NCBI GenBank assembly: GCA_048128005.1
Contig: JBEUKZ010000065.1
Location: 310,001-374,000 of the forward strand
DNA: 64,000 bases
Direction of reading: 5' to 3'
DNA from: Veleropilina oligotropha
Taxonomy: Eukaryota
The translations under genes and the position numbers were made by a program. This document shows, in pieces, positions 50,143 to 63,645 of this stretch. The first letter of the stretch is position 1. Each line of letters opens with the position of its first letter. The notes under the pieces were generated by a model. That model was not told where the DNA came from. It ran no database searches and saw nothing but the letters and a program-made list of their open reading frames with translations.

Positions 50143-51669
50143 TCTACGAATACGAGATGGATACATATAACTTCTCCTTAGATGTCAAACGCATAATCTA
50201 AGTGGGTAAAATAAACATGTATACAGGTTCTTGACAGGTCATCGAAGTTAAATAATGTTGGGTGGGTGGGTAACATCCCAAAGACTGACCGGTGGTTGTA
50301 GGTTTACAAGACTGTCTAATTGGATAGAGACGTTAAACCAGGGACCTAAGGGTGACTGAAAATTATCCAAGTGGAAGTAAAACATGCAACAAAGCAAAAA
50401 ACCAAATACAAAAATGTGGTTTTTAATGGAATTTATATGACTATTTCAATTATTGTTCATTAATTTATCATTGGATACATTTATAAAGTTCACCAAAAGT
50501 CAATTCTGATAATATTTGATAATGATTACCTAACATAAAATATGGGAACAAGCTGCCCGGAGACGAATTGTCCTAGGTACAAAATTGAAATTGTCCTAGA
50601 ACCAAAGTCTAATGATAATAGTAAAAGAAAGAAATTTGTAGCTAACAAACACCTACTTTTCTACAGGTTTGTATAGACTGGTTTATATAATGGGGATAAA
50701 TGGACAAGGGCCTGAAGCTCGGATCACGTAATGAGTGAACATCAGTCATGAACGAACAAAAGGCATTTAATATATATGCAAGAGCCTAGGGCCATGACAA
50801 TGGTTGCTCGATGGGATCTATTCTGCATGAAGGGCCGGCCTGAATGGTGGACAAGATAATTAAGAGATAGAAAATTGAGCTGGTGACAGATGGCTGGTGA
50901 TTAAGCAATTTGAAAATCAAACAGCTGGGCAATGAAGAAATTAATTCCTAAACATTTAAATTAACTAACAAATGCATTGACCGATTTGAAAATTACCAAT
51001 ATAATATAACTACAAGAAAGCTATTTGGCATTTGACCAACAAAGGTTCGCTTTGCAGTTGTAATATGATATTGTTCCCGAAGCCAATTCCAATCAATATC
51101 TTAATATGCACTAAGTTATTCGTCAGAACTTCACATATGACATTCAACTAAGACCATAAATGCCAGCGGGGCTTAACTATCGGGTTGTTTGCGCAGGAAC
51201 TATAAGCAGGGAACAGTCATTAAATCTGGCTGGCCATTGTTCTCTCAATCTACTTCCATGGGAATCAGAAGGACACTTGCACCTGATGAATACGATAGAA
51301 TAATTCCAATTCCACAATGCAAAAAATAGGTTTGATAAACAATTTTGTTATTATTATTTATACCAATTATAGCCTGGTGTCTGACAGTCACCATAGAAAG
51401 CAAGCCCTGCTAGTATCATATATGCATATGAATACCACGAGGCATCATACGGAGAATCTATTGAAGCGTTAATGAAGCAGCCCCGAGCAAATGGAAATGC
51501 AATATTCTGATGAACATGTAATGCCTTTAATACATCGGCAAGCATATCGCACCAAGGCATTGGAGATAAATACCTACTGCCCCGAAAATATGCATACTAA
51601 TTACCAGTTTACCATCATTCAGTTATTGATGAAGAAAACTCAAAACATTGTGCAAACTTTAATAGAAAC

Positions 51670-51850
51670 AGCGATACAGCGTTATTATGTCTACAGTATG
51701 GATACTATCATTATCTAATATTTACTTATATTAATACATGATACAGTGTTATTATGTCTACAGTATCGATACTATCATTATCTAATACTTAATACATGAT
51801 ACAGCGTTATTATGTCTACAGTATAGATACTATCATTATCTAATACTTAA
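51670..51850. repeat. Three tandem copies of a 57-68-bp unit
   Basis: GATACAGYGTTATTATGTCTACAGTATNGATACTATCATTATCTAATA x3. Confidence 0.88.
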
Positions 51851-52203
51851 AAATGAAATCCTTCACACTCTCCCTCACCGTCTCTCTCTCTCGGAAAGAA
51901 GCGACGGGCTAAAAATAATGCTCGGGTCATGCCCACTTTGCGCTGGGGTGTAAGGCCAGATGGCGGGCAGAGCACTCCAGTTTATATAATGTTATAAGAA
52001 GGTTATGAGTATGTATGAACAGTTGCTGAAATATTCGACAGAAAATGTCGGAAATTAACCATCTCAATATCGTGTGCAATGAAGGAGATAATATTAAACC
52101 ATGAATGCCAACATTAATGAAAATAGAAAGTGACTACAGATGGATTCCATTATCCATACATTTTGATTTGTAATTAAATAGTACGCAATTGCTATTTAAT
52201 AAA

Positions 52204-52463
52204 AGGCCGCTTCGGCAGCGCAGTGGGTAGAGTGTCCACTCTAACTTCACTGGCTTGATTCCGCTAATGCGAACAGTAGTGGGTTCAATACCTGGCTGAG
52301 GCATTGAAATTTGTTCAAGTTATGAATCACAGTTGTCCGTGACTGGCCGAAGAGGGCGGGTTTACCCGGGCGACCGAAGTTTCCTCCCGCGATAACACGG
52401 ACATGTCCTGCCTTGAACCTCGATGTTGTAAATATACAGGACATTAAGCATCATTCCTCCCCC
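52204..52463 (+). mobile_element. Full-length tRNA-derived SINE with a 12-bp TSD
   Basis: A box GGCAGCGCAGTGG, B box GGTTCAATACC, V-domain-like GGTTTACCCGGG..GTTTCCTCCC. TSD CTATTTAATAAA at 52192-52203 and 52464-52475. Confidence 0.82.
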
Positions 52464-52539
52464 CTATTTAATAAATGCATTGTTTCCTGAATACAATTAA
52501 GACAAAGAATACGTTGGTTGCATTCATTCAATTCTGATA

Positions 52540-55500
52540 AATGTCTCCATCATGATGTCAATGTCTCCATCATTATGTCAGTCTCCACCATGATGTCAAT
52601 GTCTACACCATGATGTCAATGTCTCCATCATGATGTCAATGTCTCCACCATGATGTCATGTCTTCATCATTATGTCAATGTCTCCACCATGATGTCAATG
52701 TCTCAATCATTATGTCAGTGTCTCCACCATGATGTCAATGTCTCCACCATGATGTCAATGTCTCCACCATGATGTCAATGTCTCCATCATGATGTCAATG
52801 TCTCCACCATGATGTCAATGTCGCCATCATTATGTCAATGTCTCCATCATTATGTCAATGTCTCCACCATAATGTCATGTCTCCACCAAGATGTCAATGT
52901 CTCCACCATAATGTCATGTCTCCACCATTATGTCAATGTCTCCACCATGATATCAATGTATCCACCATGATGTCAATGTCTCCACCATGATGACAATGTC
53001 TCCACAATGATGTCAATGTATCCACCATTATGTCATTGTCTCCACCATGATGTCATTGTCTCCACCATGATGTCAATGTCTCCATCATTATGTCAATGTC
53101 TCCACCATGATGTCAATGTCTCCACCAAGATGTCAATGTCTCCACCATGATGTCAATGTCTCAACCATTATGTCAATGTCTCCGCCATGATGTCAATGTA
53201 TCCACCATGATGTCAATGTCTTCACCAAGATGTCAATGTCTCCACCATGATGTCAATGTCTCCACCATGATGTCATGTCTCCATCAATATGTCAATGTAT
53301 CCACCATGATGTTAATGTCTCCACCAAGATGTCAATGTCTCCACCATGATGTCAATGTCTCCACCAAGATGTCAATGTCTCCATCATGATGTCAATGTCT
53401 CCACCATGATGTCAATGTCTCTACCACTATGTTAATGTCTTCACCATGATGTCAATGTCTCCACCATTATGTCACTGTCTCCACCATGTCAATGTCTCCA
53501 CCATGATGTCAATGTCTCCACCATGATGTCAATGTCTCCACCATGATGTCAATGTCTCAACCATTATGGCAATGTCTCCACCATGATGTCAATGTCTCCA
53601 CCAAGATGGCAATGTCTCCACCATGATGTCAATGTCTCCACCATGATGTCAATGTCTCCCTCATTATGTCAATGTATCCACCATGATGTTAATGTCTCCA
53701 CCAAGATGTCAATGTCTCCACCATGATGACAATGTCTCCACCATGATATCAATGTCTCCACCATGATGTCAATGTCTCCACCATGATGTCACTGTCTCCA
53801 CCGTGTCAATGTCTCCACCATTATGTTAATGTCTCCACCATGATGTCAATGTCTCCACCATTATGTCACTGTCTCCACCGTGTCAATGTCTCCACCATGA
53901 TGTCAATGTCTCCACCATTATGTCATGTCTCCACCATGATGTCATGGCCTCATCATGATGTCAATGTCTCCACCATGATGTCAATGTCTCCACCATGATG
54001 TCAATGTCTCCACCATTATGTCACGTCTCCACCATGATGTCAATGGCCCCATCATTATGTCAATGTCTCCACCATTATGTCAATGTCTCCACCATTATGT
54101 CAATGTCTCCACCATGATGTCATGGCCCCATCATGATGTCAATGTCTCCACCATGATGTCAGTGTCTCCACCATGATGTCAATGTCTCCACCATTATGAC
54201 AATGTCTCCACCATGATGTCAATGGCCCCATCATTATGTCAATGTCTCCACCATGATGTCAATGTCTCCACCATTATGTCAATGTCTCCACCATGATGTC
54301 AATGGCCCCATCATTATGTCAATGTCTCCACCATTATGTCAATGTCTCCACCATTATGTCAATGTCTCCACCATGATGTCAATGGCCCCATCATGATGTC
54401 AATGTCTCCACCATGATGTCAATGTCTCCACCATGATGTCAATGTCTCCACCATTATGTCAATGTCTCCACCATGATGTCAATGGCCCCATCATTATGTC
54501 AATGTCTCCACCATGATGTCAATGTCTCCACCATTATGTCAATGTCTCCACCATGATGTCAATGTCTCCACCATTATGTCAATGTCTCCACCATGATGTC
54601 CATGTCTCCACCATGATGTCATTGTCTCCACCATGATGTCAATGTCTCCACCATGATATCAATGTCTCCACCAAGATGTCAATGTCTCCACCATGATATC
54701 AATGTCTCCACCAAGATGTCAATGTCTCCACCATGATATCAATGTCTCCACCAAGATGTCAATGTCTCTGCCATGATGTCAATGTCTCCACCTTGTTATC
54801 AATGTCTCCACCATGATGTCAATGTCTCCACCATGATGTCAGTCTCCATCATTATGTCAATATCTCCACCATGATGTCAATGTCTCTGCCATGATGTCAA
54901 TGTCTCTGCCATGATGTCATGTCTCCATCCTGTTATCAATGTCTCCACCATGATGTCAATGTCTCCACCATGATGTCAGTCTCCATCATTATGTCAATAT
55001 CTCCACCATGATGTCATGTCTCTATCATTATGTCAATGTCTCCACCATGATGTCAATGTCCCACCATGATCTCAATGTCTCCATCATTATGTCAATGTCT
55101 CCACCATGATGTCATGTCTCCACCAAGATGTCAATGTCTCTGCCATGATGTCAATGCCTCCACCCTGTTATCAATGTCTCCACCATGATGTCAATGTCTC
55201 CACCATGATGTCAGTCTCCATCATTATGACAATATCTCCACCATGATGTCAATGTCTCTGCCATGATGTCAATGTCTCCACCAAGATGTCAATGTCTCTG
55301 CCATGATGTCAATGTCTCCACCCTGTTATCAATGTCTCCACCATGATGTCAATGTCTCCACCATGATGTCAGTCTCCATCATTATGTCATTATCTCCACC
55401 ATGATGTCAATGTCTCCATCATTATGTCAATGTCTCCACCATGATGTCAATGTCCCACCATGATCTCAATGTCTCCATCATTATGTCAATGTCTCCACCA

Positions 55501-55790
55501 TGATGTCATGTCTCCACCATGATGTCAATGTCTCCACCATGATGTCAATGTCTCCACCATGATGTCAATGTCTCCATCATTATGTCAATGTCTCCACCAT
55601 GATGTCAATGTCTCCACCATGATGTCAATGTCTCCACCATGATGTCAATGTCTCCACCATGATGTCAATGTCTCCATCATTATGTCAATGTCTCCACCAT
55701 GATGTCAATGTCTACACCATGATGTCAATGTCTCCACCATGATGTCAATGTCTTCACTATGATGTCAATGTCTCCACCAAGATGTCATGT
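52540..55790. repeat. 20-bp satellite (TGTCAATGTCTCCACCATGA)n, 3.2 kb
   Basis: About 160 copies with patchy variant blocks. Confidence 0.97.
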
Positions 55791-57246
55791 CTGTTTGGTT
55801 TGGATCGAAGCTCAAGGTCCCATTTTTAACAAGCATAAGATTCGTACCAGGACATGTTCATATTATAGCTAAGGAAAAGTCTGGTTGCCACATTCACGGC
55901 AAGGTATGGACAACATTCACGGCTAGTTATGGCCAACTATGACTGTTAACTGGCCACAAATATGATATTAATATCCCTTTTGATGCAGACACAAAGTAGG
56001 GCGCCACTTTATCTATCGATATCCACCATCCCATAATATCCCCGATTGACATCGTTCATTTCCGTAGCATTTCTGCACTAAAACGATGTTTACCGAAGTT
56101 TCAGTTCCAACTTTTTCCAGAAGTAAAAATTATTTTGAAACCCACGAGGTTGCAGAAATGGTTTTTGTTAAACTTTGAATGTTACTGTTGAATAAACATC
56201 TTTACGATGGCGTAGCAAGACATACTGACAAATACGCAAGTATTTTGATCAATTTAACGGTTTTATTATCAATTATGTATTGTTTTGTCAATTATACAGT
56301 CGAAAATTTCTTATGAAAATAAGCGAAAATCCGTTAATTATGCATGCAATTAAGCGACTATATGCATATGATAATAATAGTAAACTCTTCTGTTCCTGCA
56401 GATTTTATGCAAATATCCGAAATATGCAATTAAGCGTTATGCAATTAAGTGGAATCCACTGTACATTGTATAGGATGGAAAATAAAATACACCCCCCGTG
56501 GATCCAATTGTGTATCCGTGAATCGACTACTGAAATTTTTATGAACTTGCAAGTGATCAATCTGATAATGCCATCATAGTTTAACACCCATAATCTGCCT
56601 TGAATGCTGATATCATGGCACCAATTCTCATGGGAAAATGACCAACAGAGGCAACAAAACAGTATAATATTATATAATTAATAATGTCATATACATTATG
56701 TGTTTTTATTATAAAAGAATTTCCTTCCTATCATATCGTGCTCTCTATGGTAAAAGTGTGTTTTGTGTTTTCAACACAACATGGAATCAATTCACAGCAC
56801 AGCTAAAGTTGGGGACATTTTGAGAATTGGAATAAATAACGTGCATTAATCTATATATTGATTGATTTCTGATTGGTGTTTATCCTAATATAGCGATATC
56901 ATTTTTGTGGTTGTAATTCCAAAGGGAAATCAACAGATACCTGCTTAAATTAGTTATATATTGCGTGTTTGCTGATGGAATGACCTTTCTAAGTCCTACT
57001 TTGTAATTTCCACAATATAATGGTGCTCTCCCTGGAGACGGAGAAAACAGATGGACAAGAGATTGCAGTGCTCAGGTAAAATCAGACGCTCTGAGGAAAG
57101 ATTGATATGCTAATTGTTATTTATGAAGAAATGTCATTACTTTATCGATAAATATGTAACTGTCAGTGGTATTTTATCGTTCATTTATCCAAAATATCTA
57201 AGACCCGTATGATAGCATTGATATCTGGATACGAGGAGCCCACGTT

Positions 57247-60200
57247 TCTTCTTCTTCCGGGTGAAGTGAGAATTTCAATGTTGAAATATTACGCAAGTGC
57301 TCGGTGCAGCAAAATTCCATGAGTGCAGACTAAAATCATATTTACATGTGCCATTCAAATCAGCCGGAATTTACGGTCTTAGTGTTGTTTCTTACAGCCT
57401 TTCCTTGAAGATGTCGATTGATGTTATGTCGATGATTTCTTTATGGAGGCTATTTCAGAGTCGGATCGTGTCTGGGAAGAATGATCGCTGGTATAATACT
57501 AGTCTGGCATATGGTATATTGTACCGCGTATGGTGACCTCTGCTGGCCGATGTAACTGGCACTAGTACGTTATCGGATGGAATTGCGATTTGATGGATGA
57601 ATTATGCGGTACAGCATGATGACTTTGGCCTGCGCTCGCATCTCTTGTAGTGATGGTAAATTAAGGGAGTCCAGCATAGATTAAGGGAGTCCAGCATAGC
57701 GCTGCTTGTGCTGGAGTAGTCTCTCGTCATAAATCATGCCGATCTTCTTTGCACCATTTCCAGCTTCTTGATATTGACAGCTGTTGGAGGGTCCCAGACT
57801 GTGGAAGCGTATTCCACTTGGGGGCGAACGAGCGTTTGGTAGCACATTGGCTTGGTGGATTTTGGACACTGCTTCATGGTCCGCTGTAGGAAAGCTCTGG
57901 TGGAGTTTGCTTTCTTGCAGATCTGTGTGATGTGATGATTCCATGAAAGTGTCCTATGGAGATGTACCCCTAAATATTTTGCTATCTTTCTTTACCAGAT
58001 CCTGACCATGAATGTTATATATTGCTTCAATTGGTTTGCGTTTGTTAGTAAATCGTATCACTTGGCATTTTTCTGGATGAAACTCTATCAGCCAGTCTTT
58101 TTCCCATTGTTGCAGTCTGTCAAGATCTTCCTGTAGTTTTCATGCATCTTCGTGCGTCTTTATTTTCCTTTACAGGACACAGTCATCAGCAAAGAGCCTT
58201 GCATTGGAGCCTGGTTGGATACACTCAGGGAGGTCGTTGATGAACAGGAGAAATAGTAGTGGGACTAGGACAGTGCCCTGTGGTATACCAGATAGTACAG
58301 GTGACGGATTTGATTGCACACCATTTAGTACGACTTGTTGCTCTCGTCCTGTGTGGAAGTCTGATAGCCATTTTTGTATTGATCCGGTGATTCCGTAATA
58401 GTTGACTTTATGGAGTAATCGCTGATGTGGGACTTTGTCAAATGCCTTTGAGAAGTCTAACAGGATTAGGTCAATTTGATCGCCGATATCCAGGCTTTGT
58501 GCGATATCCTGCACTGTTGTGATCAATTGGGATTCACATGAGTGTTTTTTTCGGAATCCGTGTTGGACAGGAGTCGGTATATTATGCAGGTCTAGGTGCT
58601 TCATGATGCTACTGTTGACTATATGCTCCAGGATCTTACATGAAACAGATGTTAGTGACACTGGCCGATAGTCCGCTGCTTTATTACGGTCTCCTTTCTT
58701 GTAGATAGGAACAACATTGGCCTTATTCCAATCTGATAGTATAATGCCTTGATGTAATGATGTGATGTAATGGTGAATGCTGGCGTGAGTTCAGATGCAG
58801 TTTCTTTAAGTAGTCGATTTGGTATGTTATCATGTCCTGTGGCTTTGTAGATTAGATAATAGTTTTTCAACACCATTTGATGTTACGTTAATTGGAGGCA
58901 TGGTTGTATAAGGGCTATGGCCTTTGGTCTTAATGGAAGAGACATCTTCGTTCTTGTTGAAGACTGATGTAAATTGATCATTCAGGATTTCTGCTTTGGT
59001 CTTGTTGTTACTATATGTGATGCCATTGGAATTATTTAGTGGAGCCACTCCTGTATTATCACAATGTTTACTTTTGATGAAGCTCCATAATTTCTTTGGA
59101 TTGTTTTTAGAGTCAGGGCTGATGATGTTTGTTAGGTAGTCATGATAACCTCTTCGGCATGCTGTTTGAGTTGTTTGTTTGAGACGGTGGAATCTCTCAA
59201 CATCAGGCTTGCTCTTAGTTTAACGTGCTTTTTTATAACAGCGCTTTTTCTGCCTAGTTAGTCTCTTAATATTGGTTGTAATCCATGGTTGGTTAAACAT
59301 GGTTGATGTCATCTTGGATGGGACGTGTTTATCGAGTAGTGACTCTAAAGTGGTTATGGTGTTAACAGGGTTGTTGACAGAAAATGTAGATGTGAACTGA
59401 TCACTGAATTCTGAGGCTCTTGTCTTGAGATCAGATGTATTTACATCCTTCCATAAGTGAATTTTCCTGCATGTTGGTTTTTGTCTCTGGGCTTGGATAT
59501 CTGTGTCAGCATAGATGATATCATGGTCGCTAATACCCAGGAGAGGAACGCATTTATTGATCAGTGATGGTCTGTTGCTGAGAAATATGTCCAGGGTGTT
59601 GTTGTTTCTTGTTGGAAAAGTGACGACCTGTTCCAACCCACAATTCTGAATCATATCGATGAAGCTGTTGCTGATTGATTTTAGGTATTGGTTACCTGCA
59701 GTTGTTAGGGTCTGCCTGCATATGTCTGGTAGGTTTAGGTAGCCGCCTAGCCATACTGCTGCTGATTTATGTTTAAGTTTCAACTCCGTAATTGTGCTGC
59801 ACAGACTGTCCATGTACAGCTGGTCACTACTACTAGGTGGTCTATATAGCCTTCCCACAATTAAGGTCTTTTTGTCCTTTAGTTTTACTTTGGCAAAGAT
59901 TGACTCTGTGTTTCTCATGATCTTAACTTCTTTGCTTATGTGGTCGTTACGGATGGCTAGTAGTACACCTCATATCCATCCTTTCTGTCTTTTCGATGTC
60001 TTATAATTTGGAGGGAGAATCTCAGAATTACTAACCTCATCTCTGAGCCATGTTTCAGAGCCAATGATTATTTCTGGGTCTGTGCTGTCGATGATATTCC
60101 AAAGCTGCTCTTTTTTATTGTTAATGCTCTGAAAATTAATGGTTAGCGTTTTTATGTTTCTGTTTGGTTTACACTGTTGGCTTGAGTGTTGTTTTGGGGA

Positions 60201-60960
60201 TGACGTCATGAGTGGGGGGCCCTGTGTCTTGGATGTCGATTTCACATGAGGTATTACCAGATGAATTGTTGAGATGTTCAAACATATTGCTGGACTCTAT
60301 GATGAATGAGTCAAAAAATTGGGTGTTCCGCAATTAATACATTACCATGATGCGCTGGTGCTGCATAAGGCATTATACACAGGTGTAGACATGCACATAC
60401 AGTTAGCATGGTACCATTGTGAGCATTCATCACAGGCTAATCCTCTCTGTTTCCACGTTACAGCTTTTTGACATATTTGGCAGGGGTATTTAGGTGGTCT
60501 TGGTCCGGGGTTAGTTTCAGTGTCGGCTGCTTTTAATATATTGAGAAATTCTAGGTAGAGTAAAGAATGATTTTTACTCCTCTTGATGTTTGGGAATGTA
60601 CTGAGTTTCCTTGATTTTATTAGATGGTATATGCTGGTTGCCTGGGCGGGGTTCGGGTGGTTATCATCGCCATGATTGTTGACGACAACAAATGAATTAT
60701 TGTTCTAGCAAGGTTTATTATGTTCACTGCATAATTGTGGCTCTAATGTTGCTGTGAAAGCTGTTTGCTGGTATACAGCATTTAAACTGTATGCACAGGG
60801 TTAAAAATATAACCCAGTTACGATTTGTTGCCATGGTAAACCGGAAGTGCGCTGGCTATGAGTGAAAAGATCGCCGATTGTGTTGTTTGGTAAAGTTTCT
60901 GAGCCGTAATCGATGGTAGTTAGTTTCTATTATCCGTTACCCATATTTATATACCAATTG
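57247..60960 (-). mobile_element. Near full-length decayed CR1/L2-like LINE (2A-like peptide, PHD, APE, RT)
   Basis: TLTINFQSI..IIIGSETWL and NTLDIFLSN..GISDHDII (APE); [42 protein letters not shown] (RT); PHD cysteines at about 60330-60485; 3' (GAA)n tail at 57247-57257. 5' end approximate. Confidence 0.9.
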
Positions 60961-61783
60961 CTGTAGCTAGTACAGTGTACTACACTAGTCACTAGTACAT
61001 TTATACTATACTAGTCTACAGTCGATACTACTGGATGTAACACATAAATCAGGTTGGGCACTTTGGCCGATCTGGCTATAATAGCCAGATCAAGCTATTA
61101 TAGCCGGAACGGGCTATCCTAATCAAGCCCAAATCAACCGTATTGCTTGCGTGCATCGTTACCACAAACCGGCGCATACTGGTACAGTATTATCATTTTC
61201 AGCATAACACATCTATTGATTACGTTTGCTGAAAAAACATTGAAATATCACCGTTGCGAAATGTTTATATATATAATACCGAAATTTAACAGAATCTTTG
61301 AAAATGACGATAAAATGATCAATACATCAAATATAAAACACAATTGGCCGTAAATATAAAACACAATTGGCTGCAAAAATTGAACACCCAACTTGCCACA
61401 ATGTTGCTCGAACTATTCTGTGCGCCACAACTCATACCAGGTCCCTTGGGTAAATTTAATTTACATTTTCACTGTTTTCGCTACTTTCGGAATCGTCTAT
61501 GGCGCGCCAAAGTAGCCAAAAATCCATATATCCGAATAACATGTTACAATTGACGAAATCTGTTAGGTGTTTATATTATATCATCATGTTTTATTTATTT
61601 TTGTATTTACATATTAAAGATTAATTTTGAGGACTTTGAAGCAAGATTTCGCCCTGATGTAGTTCTTATATGGATCAGGAAAAGTAAAAAGGTGTGCATG
61701 TATATATGTGTGTGCGTGTGTGTGTGTTTCTACATAAAAATAAGAGGATTAATCCAGTGGACAGCAATATTTGTTTTGGTTTG

Positions 61784-62277
61784 GCCTGTATTCAACAAAC
61801 CGTCAGGTTAATGCCTGTATTCAACAAACCGTCAGGTTAATGCCTGTATTCAACAAACCGTCAGGTTAATGCCTGTATTCAACAAACCATCAGGTTAATG
61901 CCTGTATTCAACAAACCGTCAGGTTAATGCCTGTATTCAACAAACCGTCAGGTTAATGCCTGTATTCAACAAACCGTCGGGTTAATACCTGTATTCAACA
62001 AACCGTCGGGTTAATGCCTGTATTCAACAAACCGTCGGGTTAATGCCTGTATTCAACAAACCGTCAGGTTAATGCCTGTATTCAACAAACCGTCAGGTTA
62101 ATGCCTGTATTCAACAAACCGTCAGGTTAATGCCTGTATTCAACAAACCGTCGGGTTAATACCTGTATTCAACAAACCGTCGGGTTAATGCCTGTATTCA
62201 ACAAACCGTCAGGTTAATGCCTGTATTCAACAAACCGTCAGGTTAATGCCTGTATTCAACAAACCGTCAGGTTAATG
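61784..62277. repeat. 29-bp minisatellite (GCCTGTATTCAACAAACCGTCRGGTTAAT)
   Basis: About 17 copies. Confidence 0.96.
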
Positions 62278-62545
62278 TCTGGACATGCCCATATATCATC
62301 ACAAGAGGAACGACTGTCATTGCCCAAAACAGAAGTTTGAATGCACTCCTGTTGGACAGACCACTCAAGCCAGTGAATTTAGAGTCGGAAATTGAAACCA
62401 CTCGCTACCAGAGCGGGCCAGTCCCGAATTATAAAGAACAATTGATACGAGACCAATATATTTTGAACAAAATTCATATCAAGGCACATGAAAGAAGTCA
62501 ATGTATAAATAAACAACTACATCACTACTACCTAATTACATAAGC

Positions 62546-62673
62546 AACAAGCGCATCCGAGAGGAAGCATAGTTGAGCCATGTAAAGTCATCGTGGACAT
62601 ACACCGTCCACCACACAGACAGACAGACAGCCTCAATACAATAGTTTATCCGTTTACACGGCTCAACTAATAA
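62546..62673 (-). mobile_element. Minimal HINE-like element (128 bp)
   Basis: Sub-terminal inverted repeats TAGTTGAGCC / GGCTCAACTA, (CAGA)n, an imperfect hairpin GCATCC-GAGA-GGAAGC and an AACAAG end. Confidence 0.55.
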
Positions 62674-63439
62674 TTACTTATCATAATGACTAGTATTTAC
62701 TGCAGATCTATACGTTTTTCAATGTCATGGCAACATCAGTATAGAATTGAATGTGTGCTGCCTTGTTTTTCATTTTGGTCTGGGTCTGCTTCAGTCCAGG
62801 TTGTAATAATAAATTATGCAGAGTGTTGTCTTCTTCTATGAGTCTGTTGGCTGGTTGGCAACATTGTTTTACGACTACGTTTAGCAATTTTCCAGCTGTA
62901 TGGTAGCTGGGACACCTGGTTTAAGGTCTCACTTCGACCTGACCTACATACATTATGGATATGCCATCTATTAGTTGTGAGAATATTCACGCCGGAGCTG
63001 TGGTTTAAACCCACATCCTACCGTCCCACTTATCGTTTTTCCGACGATCTATTAAACAACACGTACGGTAAACCGTCATACCCAACTACACTCCATTTGC
63101 ATTTTACTTTCAATTTGATTTCTTCCTGGAACTGTTTAAAGATTATATACATATATGAATCCGTAGAAGCAAGGGCTTTCATATATGGGCTCACTGATTG
63201 CCACTGTTGGGCACTCATCAGGATGATTGTGAGAGACAAATGGGTATGGATCCATGCCACCACTATTGGAAATATGATGTTGTTCATCTGCACCAAGTAT
63301 GTCAATGTTATCAACAATCGGACCATTGAAAAGGGGAAAGGAAAGGATCGATGCTTATAAGTTCTGTATATTTCTACTCCAACAACGTCAGAATTAAGCT
63401 GTTACTTCCCACGCAGCTGTTAGGCACGTAAACTCGGTC

Positions 63440-63645
63440 TCATATGTAAAATGAGTAGTATATTTTCAACTATCATTTTGTTCAAAGCAGAACATGTCCA
63501 TATTATCGCAGGAGGAAAGCCTGACCAGTTACGGACAACTGTGATTCATAACAAATGTGTGATGTTCCTGTCGAGGTCAGCTCAATCAAGTCAGTGATTT
63601 ATCGGAGTCCACAACCGAAAAACCCACACGACTGTCGAAGCGGCC
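63440..63645 (-). mobile_element. tRNA-derived SINE, diverged reverse copy
   Basis: Reverse complement starts GGCCGCTTCGACAG and shares TTATGAATCACAGTTGTCCGT and TTTCCTCC..GCGATAA..GGACATGT with 52204-52463. Confidence 0.7.

Noticed and set aside
51878..51930. Candidate first exon (ATG...GAC G|gtgagg, phase 1)
   Set aside because: MTRALFLARRFFPRERD is not a signal peptide, and nothing else supports it.
52204..52300. tRNA-like A/B boxes (also near 1210-1275, 5045-5100, 45170-45245 and 45550-45610)
   Set aside because: No cloverleaf; these are SINE heads or decayed repeats, not tRNA genes.
56295..56463. Possible TA-flanked Tc1/pogo MITE (TACAGTCG...CCACTGTA)
   Set aside because: The inverted repeat is too short and degenerate to call.
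62977..63360. Overlapping ORFs on both strands and a possible AG..GT exon at about 63195-63287
   Set aside because: No recognisable domain and cannot be linked to the gene.
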